DNA from: Candidatus Omnitrophota bacterium
Lineage (GTDB): Bacteria; Omnitrophota; Gorgyraeia; Duberdicusellales; 4484-171
Direction of reading: 5' to 3'
Assembly (NCBI GenBank): GCA_021735655.1
Contig: JAIPGM010000002.1
Location: 192,001 to 256,000, forward strand
Length of the DNA stretch: 64,000 nucleotides
Below, one piece after another: positions 38,666 through 48,938 of the stretch (positions within the stretch are counted from its first letter, which is position 1; every line of letters begins with the position of its first letter). The position numbers and the translations under genes are program-made. The notes beneath the pieces are model-generated. The model worked only from the letters and a program-made list of their open reading frames with translations, was not told the origin of the DNA and did no database searches.

Positions 38666-39726
38666 AAGCAAGAATTAAAAAGTGCTCGCAATTAATGCGC
38701 AAAAGCGGTTACGAAGCGCTTTTTGTTTCGGACCCTTTGAATCTTGCGTATCTAACTGGATCTCGAGAAGTTGAAGGGTACCTTCTCATTTCCACCAAAA
38801 ACAAACCGATTTTTTTTACCAATTTTATATATCAAACAACGGCTAAAAAGTTGAGCGATTGCAATCTTGTTATTGCTAAGCAAGCTGAAAGCACCTTTAA
38901 ACTTGTTGCCGACTGCGCTGCCCGCTTAAAAATTAAACGTCTTGGCTTCGAGGCTCAAAGTTTTAATTTTAAACAATATCAAAAACTCAAATTTTTGCTG
39001 ACCGAGAAGAAAATAAACTGCTTGATAACTGATGGTTTAATCGAAAATCTACGGGCAATCAAAGAGCCCGATGAGCTCAAACTAATAAAGAAATCAATCC
39101 AAATTAGTGAAGAAGCTTTTCAATTTGCCAGGGAAATATTTGAAGGTTCAATGAGTGAAAAAGGGCTAAAGATTGAGCTGGAGCGTTTTTTAAGGCTCAA
39201 AGGAGACAATGAAATTGCCTTTAGTTCAATCGTTGCTTCTGGTAAAAATACAGCCTTTCCGCATCATTGCTCGAATGAAACGATAATTGGTAATAAATTT
39301 TTCCTAATTGACTTAGGTTCAAAATATTATGGATATTGCGCTGACTTGACAAGGGTATTCTTCTGCGGTAGAATGCCCCTTCTTTTTAGAAAAATACACG
39401 ATACAGTACGAAAAAGCCAAGCTCAGGCTATAGCAAAAATCAAAGCTGGGGTTAGAGCTTGTGATGTAGATAGTACAGCACGCAAAATAATCGATAAACA
39501 AGGCTGGGGAAAATATTTTGGACATAGTTTAGGGCACGGCGTTGGAATGGCCGTACACGAAGCACCCCGAATTGGACCAAAAAACACCACCGTGCTAAAA
39601 GAAGGTATGGTGGTTACAATCGAGCCGGGTATTTATTTAAATAATAAATTCGGCATCCGACTAGAAGATATGGTGTTGGTAAAAAAAGATAAGTCAGAGG
39701 TGTTGAGTGGGCATGGTAATTGGTGA
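38662..39726 (+). CDS. pepP: Xaa-Pro aminopeptidase (M24B)
   Basis: HSLGHGVGMAVHEAPRIG metal-binding motif; conserved aroQ-pepP-efp synteny. Confidence 0.8.
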   Translation: MKARIKKCSQLMRKSGYEALFVSDPLNLAYLTGSREVEGYLLISTKNKPIFFTNFIYQTTAKKLSDCNLVIAKQAESTFKLVADCAARLKIKRLGFEAQSFNFKQYQKLKFLLTEKKINCLITDGLIENLRAIKEPDELKLIKKSIQISEEAFQFAREIFEGSMSEKGLKIELERFLRLKGDNEIAFSSIVASGKNTAFPHHCSNETIIGNKFFLIDLGSKYYGYCADLTRVFFCGRMPLLFRKIHDTVRKSQAQAIAKIKAGVRACDVDSTARKIIDKQGWGKYFGHSLGHGVGMAVHEAPRIGPKNTTVLKEGMVVTIEPGIYLNNKFGIRLEDMVLVKKDKSEVLSGHGNW

Positions 39727-40267
39727 GTTAAGGCCAGGAATGGCTATTATTTATAACGATCAGCTTTATTTATTAATTAACTGCGAGCACACCAAAATTG
39801 CTAGAGGCCCGGCCTTCTGTCGAGCAAGGTTAAGAAATTTAAAAACTGATCAGGTGCTTGAGCGAACTTTGCGTGATTCTGACAATGTTGAACCGGCTTT
39901 TATTGAAAAACGTAAACTTCAATATCAGTACCATCAAGACGACCAGTACCACTTTATGGACTTAGAAACCTATGAAGATCTTTTATTGCATAAATCGCGA
40001 ATTGCCGATAAATCTTTTTGGCTAGTAGACAACCTGGAGCTGGTCGGTCTTTTTTACGATAATAAACTTATTGATTTAGAATTTCCGCCTTCTTTAATAT
40101 TTAAAGTTACTGAAACTGATCCTGGATTTAGAGGCGATACAGTTAAACAAGGCACTAAGCCGGCAACACTTGAAACCGGATTGGTTATTAATGTGCCGAA
40201 TTTCATAAATAGCGGTGAAAATATTAGGGTGAATACAAAAACTAAGGATTATTTGGGCCGAGCATAA
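39707..40267 (+). CDS. efp: elongation factor P
   Basis: 186 aa, KPGKG-region analog and OB domains; synteny. Confidence 0.85.
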   Translation: MGMVIGELRPGMAIIYNDQLYLLINCEHTKIARGPAFCRARLRNLKTDQVLERTLRDSDNVEPAFIEKRKLQYQYHQDDQYHFMDLETYEDLLLHKSRIADKSFWLVDNLELVGLFYDNKLIDLEFPPSLIFKVTETDPGFRGDTVKQGTKPATLETGLVINVPNFINSGENIRVNTKTKDYLGRA

Positions 40268-40278
40268 AGGGGGCAAAT

Positions 40279-40698
40279 ATGGAAGTTGAAAAACTAAAAA
40301 AGTTTATAGAATTCATGGATCAGAATAATCTCGCCGAGTTAGAAATTGAGGAAGGAGACAAACGCATTCGTTTAAAACGAAACATTTCCAGTGCCCCGGT
40401 TGCAAATTATCATCCGATAATCCCGACGCCTGAAGTTGCTGGCTCTAAAAACGAAAATACTGTTGAGATAAAGTCACCAATGGTAGGAACATTCTATCGA
40501 GCTCCTTCACCAGGAGCAAAACCTTATGCCGAGGTTGGGCAAATTATTAAACCTGGAGACGTGGTTTGCATTGTTGAGGCGATGAAGCTCATGAATGAGA
40601 TTAAAGCTGAAGTTGGCGGCAAGATTGTTCAAGTTCCGGTTGAAAACGGCGAACCAGTTGAGTTTGGTCAAAGTCTATTTATAATCGAAGCGGCATAA
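40279..40698 (+). CDS. accB: acetyl-CoA carboxylase biotin carboxyl carrier protein
   Basis: Biotinylation motif EAMKLMNEI. Confidence 0.9.
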   Translation: MEVEKLKKFIEFMDQNNLAELEIEEGDKRIRLKRNISSAPVANYHPIIPTPEVAGSKNENTVEIKSPMVGTFYRAPSPGAKPYAEVGQIIKPGDVVCIVEAMKLMNEIKAEVGGKIVQVPVENGEPVEFGQSLFIIEAA

Positions 40699-40732
40699 AT
40701 AAAATGTTAGTATTTGATTTTGAGGAAAAATA

Positions 40733-42085
40733 ATGTTTTCAAAAATACTGATAGCCAATAGAGGCGAGATCGCAATTCGGATAATTAGGGCTTGTAAGGA
40801 TCTTGGCGTTAAGACCGTTGCTGTATATTCTGAAGCTGATAAAAATTCTTTGCATTTAGAATTTGCTGATGAAGCAATCTGTATCGGCAAAGCAGCATCT
40901 TCTGAAAGCTACCTTAACATTTCAAGTCTCATTAGCGCAGCTGAAATTACTGATAGTGATGCTATACATCCCGGTTATGGGTTCTTGGCCGAAAATCCTC
41001 ACTTTGCTGAAATTTGTGAATCTTGCGGTATAAAATTTATTGGGCCTTCGGCAGAAAATATTCGCCTGATGGGAGACAAAATAAAGGCTAAAGAAACTAT
41101 GCGTAAGGCCGGCTTGCCTTTAATTCCCGGTAGCAAAGCTGGTGTAAAATCTAAACAAGAGGCCTTAGATTTAGCTAAGCAAATTGGCTATCCGCTCATT
41201 TTAAAAGCAAAAGCCGGCGGAGGCGGTAAGGGGATGCGAGTTTGCCATAGTGATGTCAGGCTGGTAAGCGCTCTCCTAACTGCTCAATCTGAAGCTGAAG
41301 CTGCCTTTGGTGATTCTGAAGTATACATTGAAAAACTTATCGAGAACCCACGACACGTTGAAGTTCAAATCGCTGCTGACAATTATGGCAATGCAGTTTA
41401 CCTTGGAGAAAGAGATTGTAGTATCCAGCGCCGTCATCAAAAAATTATCGAAGAAACGCCATCTCCAGCTATAGACGCTCGGCAACGTAAAAAATTGGGT
41501 GAATTGTGTCTTAAGGGGGTTAAATTTATAAATTATTGTAGTGTTGGCACTATCGAATTTCTTCTTGATTCCAAGGGTGATTTTTATTTTATGGAAATGA
41601 ATACTCGAATTCAAGTTGAACATACAGTAACTGAAGAAGTGACCGGAATTGATCTTGTAAAATTACAAATTGCCACAGCCGCCGGAAAACAACTCAAGCT
41701 AAAGCAAGATGACATATCTTTAAAGGGTGCTGCTATTGAGTGTAGAATCAATGCCGAAGATCCTGAAAGAGGGTTTATGCCTTCACCAGGGTCAATCAAC
41801 TTTTGCTATTTACCCGGAGGCAATAACGTAAGAGTCGATACTCATATCTACTCCGGGTATCGCATTCCGCCTTATTATGATTCATTAATTGCAAAAGTAA
41901 TTACTAAAGCTAATACTCGTGCCGAAGCTTTGAGAATAATGGATCGTGCGCTCAGCGAGCTTATCATTGAACCAATTAAAACAACGACCTCTTTTTGCAG
42001 AAGTGTAATTAACGACGTTGATTTTAAAAACGGCAAATACCATACTGGATTTTTGGATAAATTTGTTGAACTTAAAGAAGAATAA
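40733..42085 (+). CDS. accC: biotin carboxylase
   Basis: 450 aa ATP-grasp; N-terminal KILIANRGEIA. Confidence 0.9.
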   Translation: MFSKILIANRGEIAIRIIRACKDLGVKTVAVYSEADKNSLHLEFADEAICIGKAASSESYLNISSLISAAEITDSDAIHPGYGFLAENPHFAEICESCGIKFIGPSAENIRLMGDKIKAKETMRKAGLPLIPGSKAGVKSKQEALDLAKQIGYPLILKAKAGGGGKGMRVCHSDVRLVSALLTAQSEAEAAFGDSEVYIEKLIENPRHVEVQIAADNYGNAVYLGERDCSIQRRHQKIIEETPSPAIDARQRKKLGELCLKGVKFINYCSVGTIEFLLDSKGDFYFMEMNTRIQVEHTVTEEVTGIDLVKLQIATAAGKQLKLKQDDISLKGAAIECRINAEDPERGFMPSPGSINFCYLPGGNNVRVDTHIYSGYRIPPYYDSLIAKVITKANTRAEALRIMDRALSELIIEPIKTTTSFCRSVINDVDFKNGKYHTGFLDKFVELKEE

Positions 42086-42112
42086 TTAGCCCCGAGGGGG
42101 CCTACTAAGGAG

Positions 42113-42697
42113 GTGCATATGGGTTTTTTAACTATTTTAGTTTATATTATTTTATCCTTGGTTGTGGGAATATTGTTGATTGGGATATCTTGGGATCCAA
42201 CCGTTTTACAGATCGCGGTAACTTATCTAGAAGGGCAATTTTTTTCTGACTACTGGATGCGAGTTATTGCTGGTTTGTTAGGGATACTATTCATCCTTAT
42301 GTGTTTTAGTTATTTGCAACGAACTCTGCAACGCTCCCGACGCGATAAATCTTTAACCTTTGAATCAGAGCAAGGAAAAGTTAGTATAACTTTGTTTGCC
42401 ATTGAAGATATGCTGAGAAAAATTCTTGAATCTCGTCCAGAAGTTTCTCACATTAGGGTTAAGGTATTACTAAAAAAGAAGTGCATCGAAGTTATGATCA
42501 GAGGCATTTTAACCGCCGAAGTTAATTTGGTAGATTTCACAAAAGAAATACAAGAAAACGTTAAGGAAAAAATGCATACTCTTCTTGGCGAAGACAAAGA
42601 GGTTCAGGTTAATCTTGAAATACGTAAGGTAGCAATTGGAGCAAAAAAGGGGCTGGTTGAGGAACATGAACCAGAAATACCTTTCAGGAACTATTAA
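42113..42697 (+). CDS. membrane-anchored Asp23/Gls24-like (DUF322) protein
   Basis: Two N-terminal TM helices plus Asp23-like C-terminal region; position after accBC mirrors Firmicute yqhY. Confidence 0.4.
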   Translation: MHMGFLTILVYIILSLVVGILLIGISWDPTVLQIAVTYLEGQFFSDYWMRVIAGLLGILFILMCFSYLQRTLQRSRRDKSLTFESEQGKVSITLFAIEDMLRKILESRPEVSHIRVKVLLKKKCIEVMIRGILTAEVNLVDFTKEIQENVKEKMHTLLGEDKEVQVNLEIRKVAIGAKKGLVEEHEPEIPFRNY

Positions 42698-42713
42698 TTA
42701 GGAGGTAATCGGA

Positions 42714-43736
42714 ATGAAAATAGGTATTCTTACCGGTGGTGGCGACTGCCCAGGTTTAAACTCAGTAATACGCGCCGTGGTACGTAAAGCGATTAATGAT
42801 GGCCAAGAAGTTATCGGCCTGCGCTATGGCTGGAAAGGCCTTCTTGAAAAAGATACCGTACCTTTAGATTTAAGGTCAGTATCAGGAATTCTTCCCAAGG
42901 GAGGAACCATTCTTGGCACCTCACGGACAAATCCCTATAAAAAAGAAAATGGCGTTAAAATAGCAAAGGAAAACTTTAAAGCCTTGGGCTTGGATGCGCT
43001 AGTAGCTATTGGTGGTGAAGATACGTTAGGAGTAGCCTCAAAATTATCTGAAGAGGGCTTTAAAATCGTCGGAGTGCCTAAGACTATTGATAATGATCTT
43101 GGGGCGACTGACTTTACTTTTGGTTTTGACACAGCAATTAATATCGTAATGGAGTGTATCGATCGTTTACATACAACAGCCGAATCTCACAATCGAATTA
43201 TGGTCGTTGAGGTCATGGGTAGACATGCTGGTTGGATTGCTGCCTATTCAGGGATAGCTGGAGGAGCTGATTATATACTTATTCCGGAAATACCAATTGA
43301 CATTCAAGAAGTTTGCTCTTCGATACAAAAACGCCATGAAAGAGGAAAAAATTTTAGTATCGTGGTTGTTTCAGAAGGAGCTTTTTTCAAAGAAGAGAAT
43401 TTATGCTTGCAGGAAAAGAAATTGGACGAATTCGGTCATGTACGCCTAGGTGGCATTGGCCACACCCTTGGCAAAATGATTGAAGACAAAACAGGCTATG
43501 AAACTCGAGTTACAGTTTTAGGTCACATTCAACGCGGCGGCTCTCCGTCAGCCTTTGATAGAGTTTTGGGCACCCGGTTTGGAATTAAAGCCTATGATTT
43601 AGTAAAGAGTGGCAAGTTTGGACGAATGGCCAGCTTAAAGGGAAATCAAGTTGTAGATGTCGCATTAAAAGACGCGATAACTAAGCTGAAAACTTTAAAC
43701 CTTGATCTTTATGAGATAGCCTCAATATTCTTTTAG
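42714..43736 (+). CDS. pfk: 6-phosphofructokinase, probably pyrophosphate-dependent
   Basis: GGGDCPGLN and MGRHAGWIA motifs; GGEDT and PKTIDND at positions that discriminate PPi- from ATP-dependent enzymes. Confidence 0.8.
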   Translation: MKIGILTGGGDCPGLNSVIRAVVRKAINDGQEVIGLRYGWKGLLEKDTVPLDLRSVSGILPKGGTILGTSRTNPYKKENGVKIAKENFKALGLDALVAIGGEDTLGVASKLSEEGFKIVGVPKTIDNDLGATDFTFGFDTAINIVMECIDRLHTTAESHNRIMVVEVMGRHAGWIAAYSGIAGGADYILIPEIPIDIQEVCSSIQKRHERGKNFSIVVVSEGAFFKEENLCLQEKKLDEFGHVRLGGIGHTLGKMIEDKTGYETRVTVLGHIQRGGSPSAFDRVLGTRFGIKAYDLVKSGKFGRMASLKGNQVVDVALKDAITKLKTLNLDLYEIASIFF

Positions 43737-43751
43737 AAACAAATAATTCTA

Positions 43752-44315
43752 ATGAATAAAATAATTACTGAGTCTTTGAATCAACATAGAGAGGCAGTAG
43801 CTTTCCTTGAAAGTAACTGCCAACTTCTTGAAAAGATAGCTGGAATTTTTATTGAAACCTTAAAACAAAAAGGTAAGGTTATTTTCATGGGCAATGGTGG
43901 TAGTGCTGCCGATGCTCAACATCTTGCGGCTGAACTGATCGGAAGATTTAAGCTTAACCGGGCACCTCTAGCAGCATTAGCTCTTTCCACCAATACTTCG
44001 ACCATCACAGCGGTCGGTAATGATTTTGGATTCAAAGAAGTGTTTGCTCGCCAGGTTGAAGCTTTGACTGAGGCCCGTGATTGTATTGTTGGCATTTCGA
44101 CTTCGGGAAAGTCGGAAAACGTCATTATCGCAATCAAAAAAGCAAAAGAGATCGGAGCTAAAACAATAGGATTTTTAGGTAAGGACGGTGGAGATCTAGC
44201 TAAAATTGTTGATTTACCTCTAATAGTTTCAGTGAACGATACTCCGCGGATACAAGAGATGCATCTTTTGGCCGGACACATCATTTGTGAAATAGTTGAA
44301 AAAGAACTTTGTTAA
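43752..44315 (+). CDS. gmhA: D-sedoheptulose 7-phosphate isomerase (SIS domain)
   Basis: GNGGSAADAQHLAAEL SIS motif. Confidence 0.85.
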   Translation: MNKIITESLNQHREAVAFLESNCQLLEKIAGIFIETLKQKGKVIFMGNGGSAADAQHLAAELIGRFKLNRAPLAALALSTNTSTITAVGNDFGFKEVFARQVEALTEARDCIVGISTSGKSENVIIAIKKAKEIGAKTIGFLGKDGGDLAKIVDLPLIVSVNDTPRIQEMHLLAGHIICEIVEKELC

Positions 44316-44364
44316 TATTTCGATTAGCCGCTTTTTAAAAAACTAAATTTCCTAAATACTCACT

Positions 44365-44832
44365 GTGACTATGGCTAAAACACAAACTTTAATTAAGCTA
44401 AAAGCGATTGCTCGCGACTTAAGAAAAAAGGGCAAGCGACTAGTTTTTACTAATGGTTGTTTTGACCTACTTCATCCCGGTCACATCAAAGTACTGAAAG
44501 AAGCTAAACAAAAAGGCGATATCCTAATTGTTGCTGTAAATAGTGATTCTTCAATTAAAAAAATTAAAGGTCCGAGTCGACCAATTCTAAAAGAAAAAGC
44601 ACGAATAAAACTTCTTGAACACATCGACCTCATTGACTATATCATTATTTTTAAAACCCCAACCCCATATAGTCTAATTAAAGCGCTGAAGCCCGATGTC
44701 TTAGTTAAAGGCGGAGACTGGCAAAAAAAAGATATTGTCGGTAGCGATCTTGTTGGTCAGGTTCATCGAGTAAAACTCTCGCCAAGGCATTCAACCACGG
44801 CCATTATCAAAATTATCAAGGAGCGGAGTTGA
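44365..44832 (+). CDS. D-glycero-beta-D-manno-heptose 1-phosphate adenylyltransferase (HldE domain II-like cytidylyltransferase)
   Basis: FTNGCFDLLHPGH nucleotidyltransferase motif. Confidence 0.8.
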   Translation: MTMAKTQTLIKLKAIARDLRKKGKRLVFTNGCFDLLHPGHIKVLKEAKQKGDILIVAVNSDSSIKKIKGPSRPILKEKARIKLLEHIDLIDYIIIFKTPTPYSLIKALKPDVLVKGGDWQKKDIVGSDLVGQVHRVKLSPRHSTTAIIKIIKERS

Positions 44833-45236
44833 AAAAAAATCTCTTGCGAGTGGTTGATGTGAATTTTAATCGCTCTAAAGAAGGCTTACGTGTCATTGAG
44901 GATATTTTTCGCTTTGTGTTCGAGGACAATTCTTCTAGACGTAAGGTGAGAACCTTGCGCCATGCATTAGATGCGATTGCTCAAGATAGACTTTTAAAAG
45001 AAGCGATTTTGAATCGAGATTCTAATCGAGATATTGGAAAAAAAATTGACAACCTTGAAACAAAACGTTCAGACGCCAAAGATATACTTTATATTAATTT
45101 TCAGCGCGTAAAAGAGTCTTTACGTGTTCTTGAAGAATTTTTTAAAATTTTGCTTCCGAATAGAGTTTCCGAAATTAAAAAGTTACGCTATAAAGTATAT
45201 ACTTTAGAAAAAGATACTCGCAAAAAATACAAATAA
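44829..45236 (+). CDS. hypothetical protein translationally coupled (ATGA overlap) to thiC
   Basis: 135 aa ORF with conserved-looking N-terminus; no recognised family. Confidence 0.35.
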   Translation: MKKNLLRVVDVNFNRSKEGLRVIEDIFRFVFEDNSSRRKVRTLRHALDAIAQDRLLKEAILNRDSNRDIGKKIDNLETKRSDAKDILYINFQRVKESLRVLEEFFKILLPNRVSEIKKLRYKVYTLEKDTRKKYK

Positions 45237-46489
45237 TGTTTAGTAAGAAACTAATCAAGCAAATAGCTAAAAAAGAGAGAATAACTGCCAGTTTCCTAGA
45301 GCAACAGCTAAGTCGTGGCCGAGCAGTAATACTTGCCAGCAAAAAACACCTTAATTGCCAGCCTACAGCTATCGGAGAAGGCTTAAAGGTAAAAATTAAT
45401 ACTAATATTGGTCTTTCAACCAATCGGACCAACACCGCTCTCGAACTAAGTAAATTAAAAGTAGCCCTTGATAATGGCACCGATACAATTATGGATTTAA
45501 GCGTCAATAAAAATTTAAGTATTTTTCGACAGAAACTTCTTAAAAAATGCCCGGTGCCCTTAGGGACAGTTCCAATATATGAAATAGCCAATGAGGTAAA
45601 AAAAAGAAAGGGCGACGTCAATAAAATGACGTTTGATGATATTTGGGACGTATTGAAACAACAAGCTGAAGAAGGAGTGGACTTTTTTACAATTCATGCC
45701 GGAATTTTAAAAAAAACGGTTCAAAGCATCAAGCGTACCAAGCGAACAGGTGGGATTGTTAGCAGAGGTGGAGCACTTTTAGCTCAATGGATGTTGGTTA
45801 ATAAAAAAGAAAATTTACTTTATGAAAATTTTGACAAAATACTTGAACTTGCTAAAATTCACAATATCACCTTAAGTTTGGGGGACGCTCTACGCCCGGG
45901 GTCAATAGTCGATTCGACTGATAGGCCACAACTAGCGGAATTGCGTGTTTTGGGAAAGTTAGTAAAACGTTGTCGTGAAAAAAATGTTCAAGTAATGGTA
46001 GAGGGGCCAGGTCATATACGATTAGATGAAATTGCAATGAATATGTTGTTAGAGAAAAAATTTTGCTACCACGCTCCGTTTTATGTATTGGGACCTTTAC
46101 CGATCGATATCGCTGCCGGTTATGATCATATTGGTTCAGCAATTGGAGGGGCCTTGGCAGCTTTCTATGGTGCTAGTTTTCTTTGCGTAGTTACTCCGGC
46201 TGAGCATCTGCGTCATCCGAGTATAAATGATATAAAAGAAGGGGTTATAGCCTCACGCATTGCTGCTCACTCAGTAGACGTATTACGGTTTAAAGATGAG
46301 TGGAGGAAAAATCAGGAAGTTTCTCTCTATCGATCTAAAAGGAATTGGGAAAAAGTTTTTCCTTTGTTAATCGATGAGGCTAAGGCTAGGCGCTACAGAA
46401 AGGGCCTAAATCTTTCTGAAGACCTTTGCACAATGTGTGGTGATTTTTGTTCTCTCAAAATAGCTGACAAGTGTAATCTTTTGAAATGA
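45236..46489 (+). CDS. thiC: phosphomethylpyrimidine synthase (short-form ThiC)
   Basis: 417 aa radical SAM ThiC with C-terminal CTMCGDFCS cluster. Confidence 0.85.
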   Translation: MFSKKLIKQIAKKERITASFLEQQLSRGRAVILASKKHLNCQPTAIGEGLKVKINTNIGLSTNRTNTALELSKLKVALDNGTDTIMDLSVNKNLSIFRQKLLKKCPVPLGTVPIYEIANEVKKRKGDVNKMTFDDIWDVLKQQAEEGVDFFTIHAGILKKTVQSIKRTKRTGGIVSRGGALLAQWMLVNKKENLLYENFDKILELAKIHNITLSLGDALRPGSIVDSTDRPQLAELRVLGKLVKRCREKNVQVMVEGPGHIRLDEIAMNMLLEKKFCYHAPFYVLGPLPIDIAAGYDHIGSAIGGALAAFYGASFLCVVTPAEHLRHPSINDIKEGVIASRIAAHSVDVLRFKDEWRKNQEVSLYRSKRNWEKVFPLLIDEAKARRYRKGLNLSEDLCTMCGDFCSLKIADKCNLLK

Positions 46490-46491
46490 AC

Positions 46492-46562
46492 GCGGGCGTG
46501 GTTCAATGGTAGAATATGACCTTCCCAAGGTTGAGACGGCGGTTCGATTCCGCTCGCCCGCT
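46492..46562 (+). tRNA. tRNA-Gly (anticodon CCC)
   Basis: Near-identical architecture to E. coli tRNA-Gly(CCC): GCGGGCG acceptor, anticodon loop UUCCCAA, T loop UUCGAUU. Confidence 0.85.
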
Positions 46563-46727
46563 AATACGATCTAATTTTTCTTAAAGTATTGCCGTCAAAA
46601 AAGTGGGACGAGGTGAAAATTTCAATAAATAATAATTGATTGAAATTTTTCTAATTTACGATAAGATATTGTAGTTTTCATCAACTAATACCTAAGTTAA
46701 CCAACAGCTCTTATACTTAATTCTGCA

Positions 46728-47363
46728 ATGGGTAAATTGTTTTTATTCTTAATTATTATTTTTGTTTTCATTTCCTGTACTGCCACTGAATCTTTCCATC
46801 GACAACCTCAACCTGAAGTAGCACCGTTAAAAAAAATAAACTATATTATTAAGTCAGGAGACTCTCTATGGAAAATATCTAAGCGTTACGGGACTACGCC
46901 AGAAGAACTTATGAAAATAAATAAAATTCCTTCTCCTAATAATTTACAAATCGGCCAAAAAATATTAATACCACATTCGGAGAAAAAAGTTAAAGGAGAT
47001 TTTAGCTGGCCGCTTAAGGGAAATGTTGTTAATTTTTTCGGCGAAAATGTCGATAACTCAGTTAATCGTGGCTTAAACATACAGACAAATTCTATCAGCA
47101 AGGAAGTAAAATCCGCTGCTAAAGGTAAGGTTGTTTTTGCTAATCAACTTAAAGGCTGGGGGCATACAGTTATTTTACAGCACCTTGGTGATTTTTATAC
47201 AATCTATGCAAATCTTGAGCCTTCATTAATTAAGGAAGGTTCAATCGCTAAAAGTAATCAAATTATCGGTAATGTCGCTTCAGGAAAAAGTGGCAATCAT
47301 ATATTACATTTTGAGATTCGCAAGCGCTATATACCCCAAGATCCGTTACAGTATCTGAATTAA
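46728..47363 (+). CDS. LysM-domain M23 peptidase lipoprotein
   Basis: Lipobox FISCT; LysM block YIIKSGDSLWKIS; M23 HxxxD/HxH-region (HLGDFYTIY, HILHFEI). Confidence 0.75.
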   Translation: MGKLFLFLIIIFVFISCTATESFHRQPQPEVAPLKKINYIIKSGDSLWKISKRYGTTPEELMKINKIPSPNNLQIGQKILIPHSEKKVKGDFSWPLKGNVVNFFGENVDNSVNRGLNIQTNSISKEVKSAAKGKVVFANQLKGWGHTVILQHLGDFYTIYANLEPSLIKEGSIAKSNQIIGNVASGKSGNHILHFEIRKRYIPQDPLQYLN

Positions 47364-47368
47364 ATTTT

Positions 47369-48931
47369 ATGAGTAACAAACCCTGGACTACAAAACTCTC
47401 AGTTTTAGACAAAAGAGTTAGTGCTTTTAGCGAAGGCTATCGTCAAAACATTGCTCTTTTGGGTAATGATGCCGAAGAGACAGCTTATCTTTTACAGAAT
47501 TACCGAGAACTAAAAAACCACAATCAATTTGTCTATATCCATATCTCGACAGTTTATGCCGGAAAAAAAGAGTTATTGAAGGCGACAATCCTTTCTTTAC
47601 TCAGTAGCTATGCCGATAAGACTGATAGCCTCGATAATCTTATTTATGCCGTGAGCTCAGTTCTTCCTTTAACTACCGAGAATATAAAAAACTGTCTCAA
47701 GAAAAACTCTATCTGTTTTTTGGATATTTTGGAAATAATTAACGCTTTTATTAACGAAAGTGGTTCACGTTGCGTTTTTATTATCGAAGAATTTCTAGGG
47801 GTAGTTGCTCTCTTTGAAAACTTCTATTCTGATTTCTCAAAGTTTATAATTTTACAACAAAATTGCATGATCATTCTTGCCGCTTCTTCGGAACGATTGG
47901 CTCAAAAAGTTCTTTCTGATGAATTAAATTTACTATTTGGTAACTTTGAGATTATTTCTCTAAGCGAAGAGTCTTTTCTCAATAGCTTCGTTTATTTAAA
48001 AAATTTACTCCCATCAATTACCCCATCACCGTTTTTTTTATCGTTTTTTGCTAACTTTTTGGGTTCAAACTGTATATATTATGACTCTCTGGCTAAAAGT
48101 ATAAAAGACAAGTACCAGTCTGATAATGAAGAGAGCGCAATAATTTCTATATTGGAGGAATTTTTATATAGGCAAGAGACATACTGTTTCCAACGTTTTA
48201 TCAAAAATATAGACAAATTAAAATTTATTTTTAAGGATTTTCAGCCAACCCTTAAATTACTGACGTCGATCAGTCAAGGCTATATGCGTAAAAAAGAACT
48301 CTTAGCTTTAGGGTTTTGTGATTCCAAAGAATTAAATAGCAAATTGCAAAAACTGATTGACTCAAATTACATAGTTAATTTTGGAAATATCTATAAAATC
48401 CGCGATTCTTTATTCTCATTTTGGTTATCACATGTATTCGAACTACACTCTTTATTCCCCTTACATAACCCTAAACAGCGGAAACAATTTTTTAAAGAAA
48501 AACTTAAAAAGGAAATATCTCTTTTTAAAGATGAGTTTTATACGGATTCCTTAAAGAAAGTTTTGCAACTCTTTGCTTCCTTTAAAAATGACACTTTGAA
48601 ACTCGGGAAGACCAGGTACAGCTTGCCGACTATAGAACGAACCAAAACTATTTCCTACCCTCAAAGAGATTTCCACTTTATCATCGGAGAAGGAAAAGAA
48701 ATAATTTTTGCCGGAATCAAAGGTAAAGATGCCGACGATATTGACATGACTGATTTTATTGAGAAGGGAGCAAACATCCGCGGTAAGGGAGTGAAAAAAA
48801 TATTTATATCATTAGGTACATTGCCATCAGCCACACGTTTAATTGCTAAAAATAATAAAATCGCCATTTGGGATCTTCAGGAGCTCAATAAACTTTTACA
48901 TATATATAATAAACCGGTTTTTTCTCAATAA
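47369..48931 (+). CDS. hypothetical 520-aa protein, archaeal-type-ATPase-like with degenerate P-loop and restriction-endonuclease-like C-terminus (DUF234-like)
   Basis: LLGNDAEETAYLL sits where Walker A would be (no Lys); VFIIEEF Walker-B-like; charged C-terminal block. Confidence 0.3.
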   Translation: MSNKPWTTKLSVLDKRVSAFSEGYRQNIALLGNDAEETAYLLQNYRELKNHNQFVYIHISTVYAGKKELLKATILSLLSSYADKTDSLDNLIYAVSSVLPLTTENIKNCLKKNSICFLDILEIINAFINESGSRCVFIIEEFLGVVALFENFYSDFSKFIILQQNCMIILAASSERLAQKVLSDELNLLFGNFEIISLSEESFLNSFVYLKNLLPSITPSPFFLSFFANFLGSNCIYYDSLAKSIKDKYQSDNEESAIISILEEFLYRQETYCFQRFIKNIDKLKFIFKDFQPTLKLLTSISQGYMRKKELLALGFCDSKELNSKLQKLIDSNYIVNFGNIYKIRDSLFSFWLSHVFELHSLFPLHNPKQRKQFFKEKLKKEISLFKDEFYTDSLKKVLQLFASFKNDTLKLGKTRYSLPTIERTKTISYPQRDFHFIIGEGKEIIFAGIKGKDADDIDMTDFIEKGANIRGKGVKKIFISLGTLPSATRLIAKNNKIAIWDLQELNKLLHIYNKPVFSQ

Positions 48932-48938
48932 AAAGATC

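Noticed and set aside
44316-44364. TPP riboswitch upstream of the thiC-containing operon segment
   Set aside because: No CUGAGA or pyrimidine-sensing helix sequence; the intergenic space is only 49 nt.
46617-46657. 11-bp AT-rich palindrome after tRNA-Gly as a specific operator or att site
   Set aside because: AT-rich palindromes of this size are expected by chance in about 36% GC DNA; it is kept only as a note within the island hypothesis.
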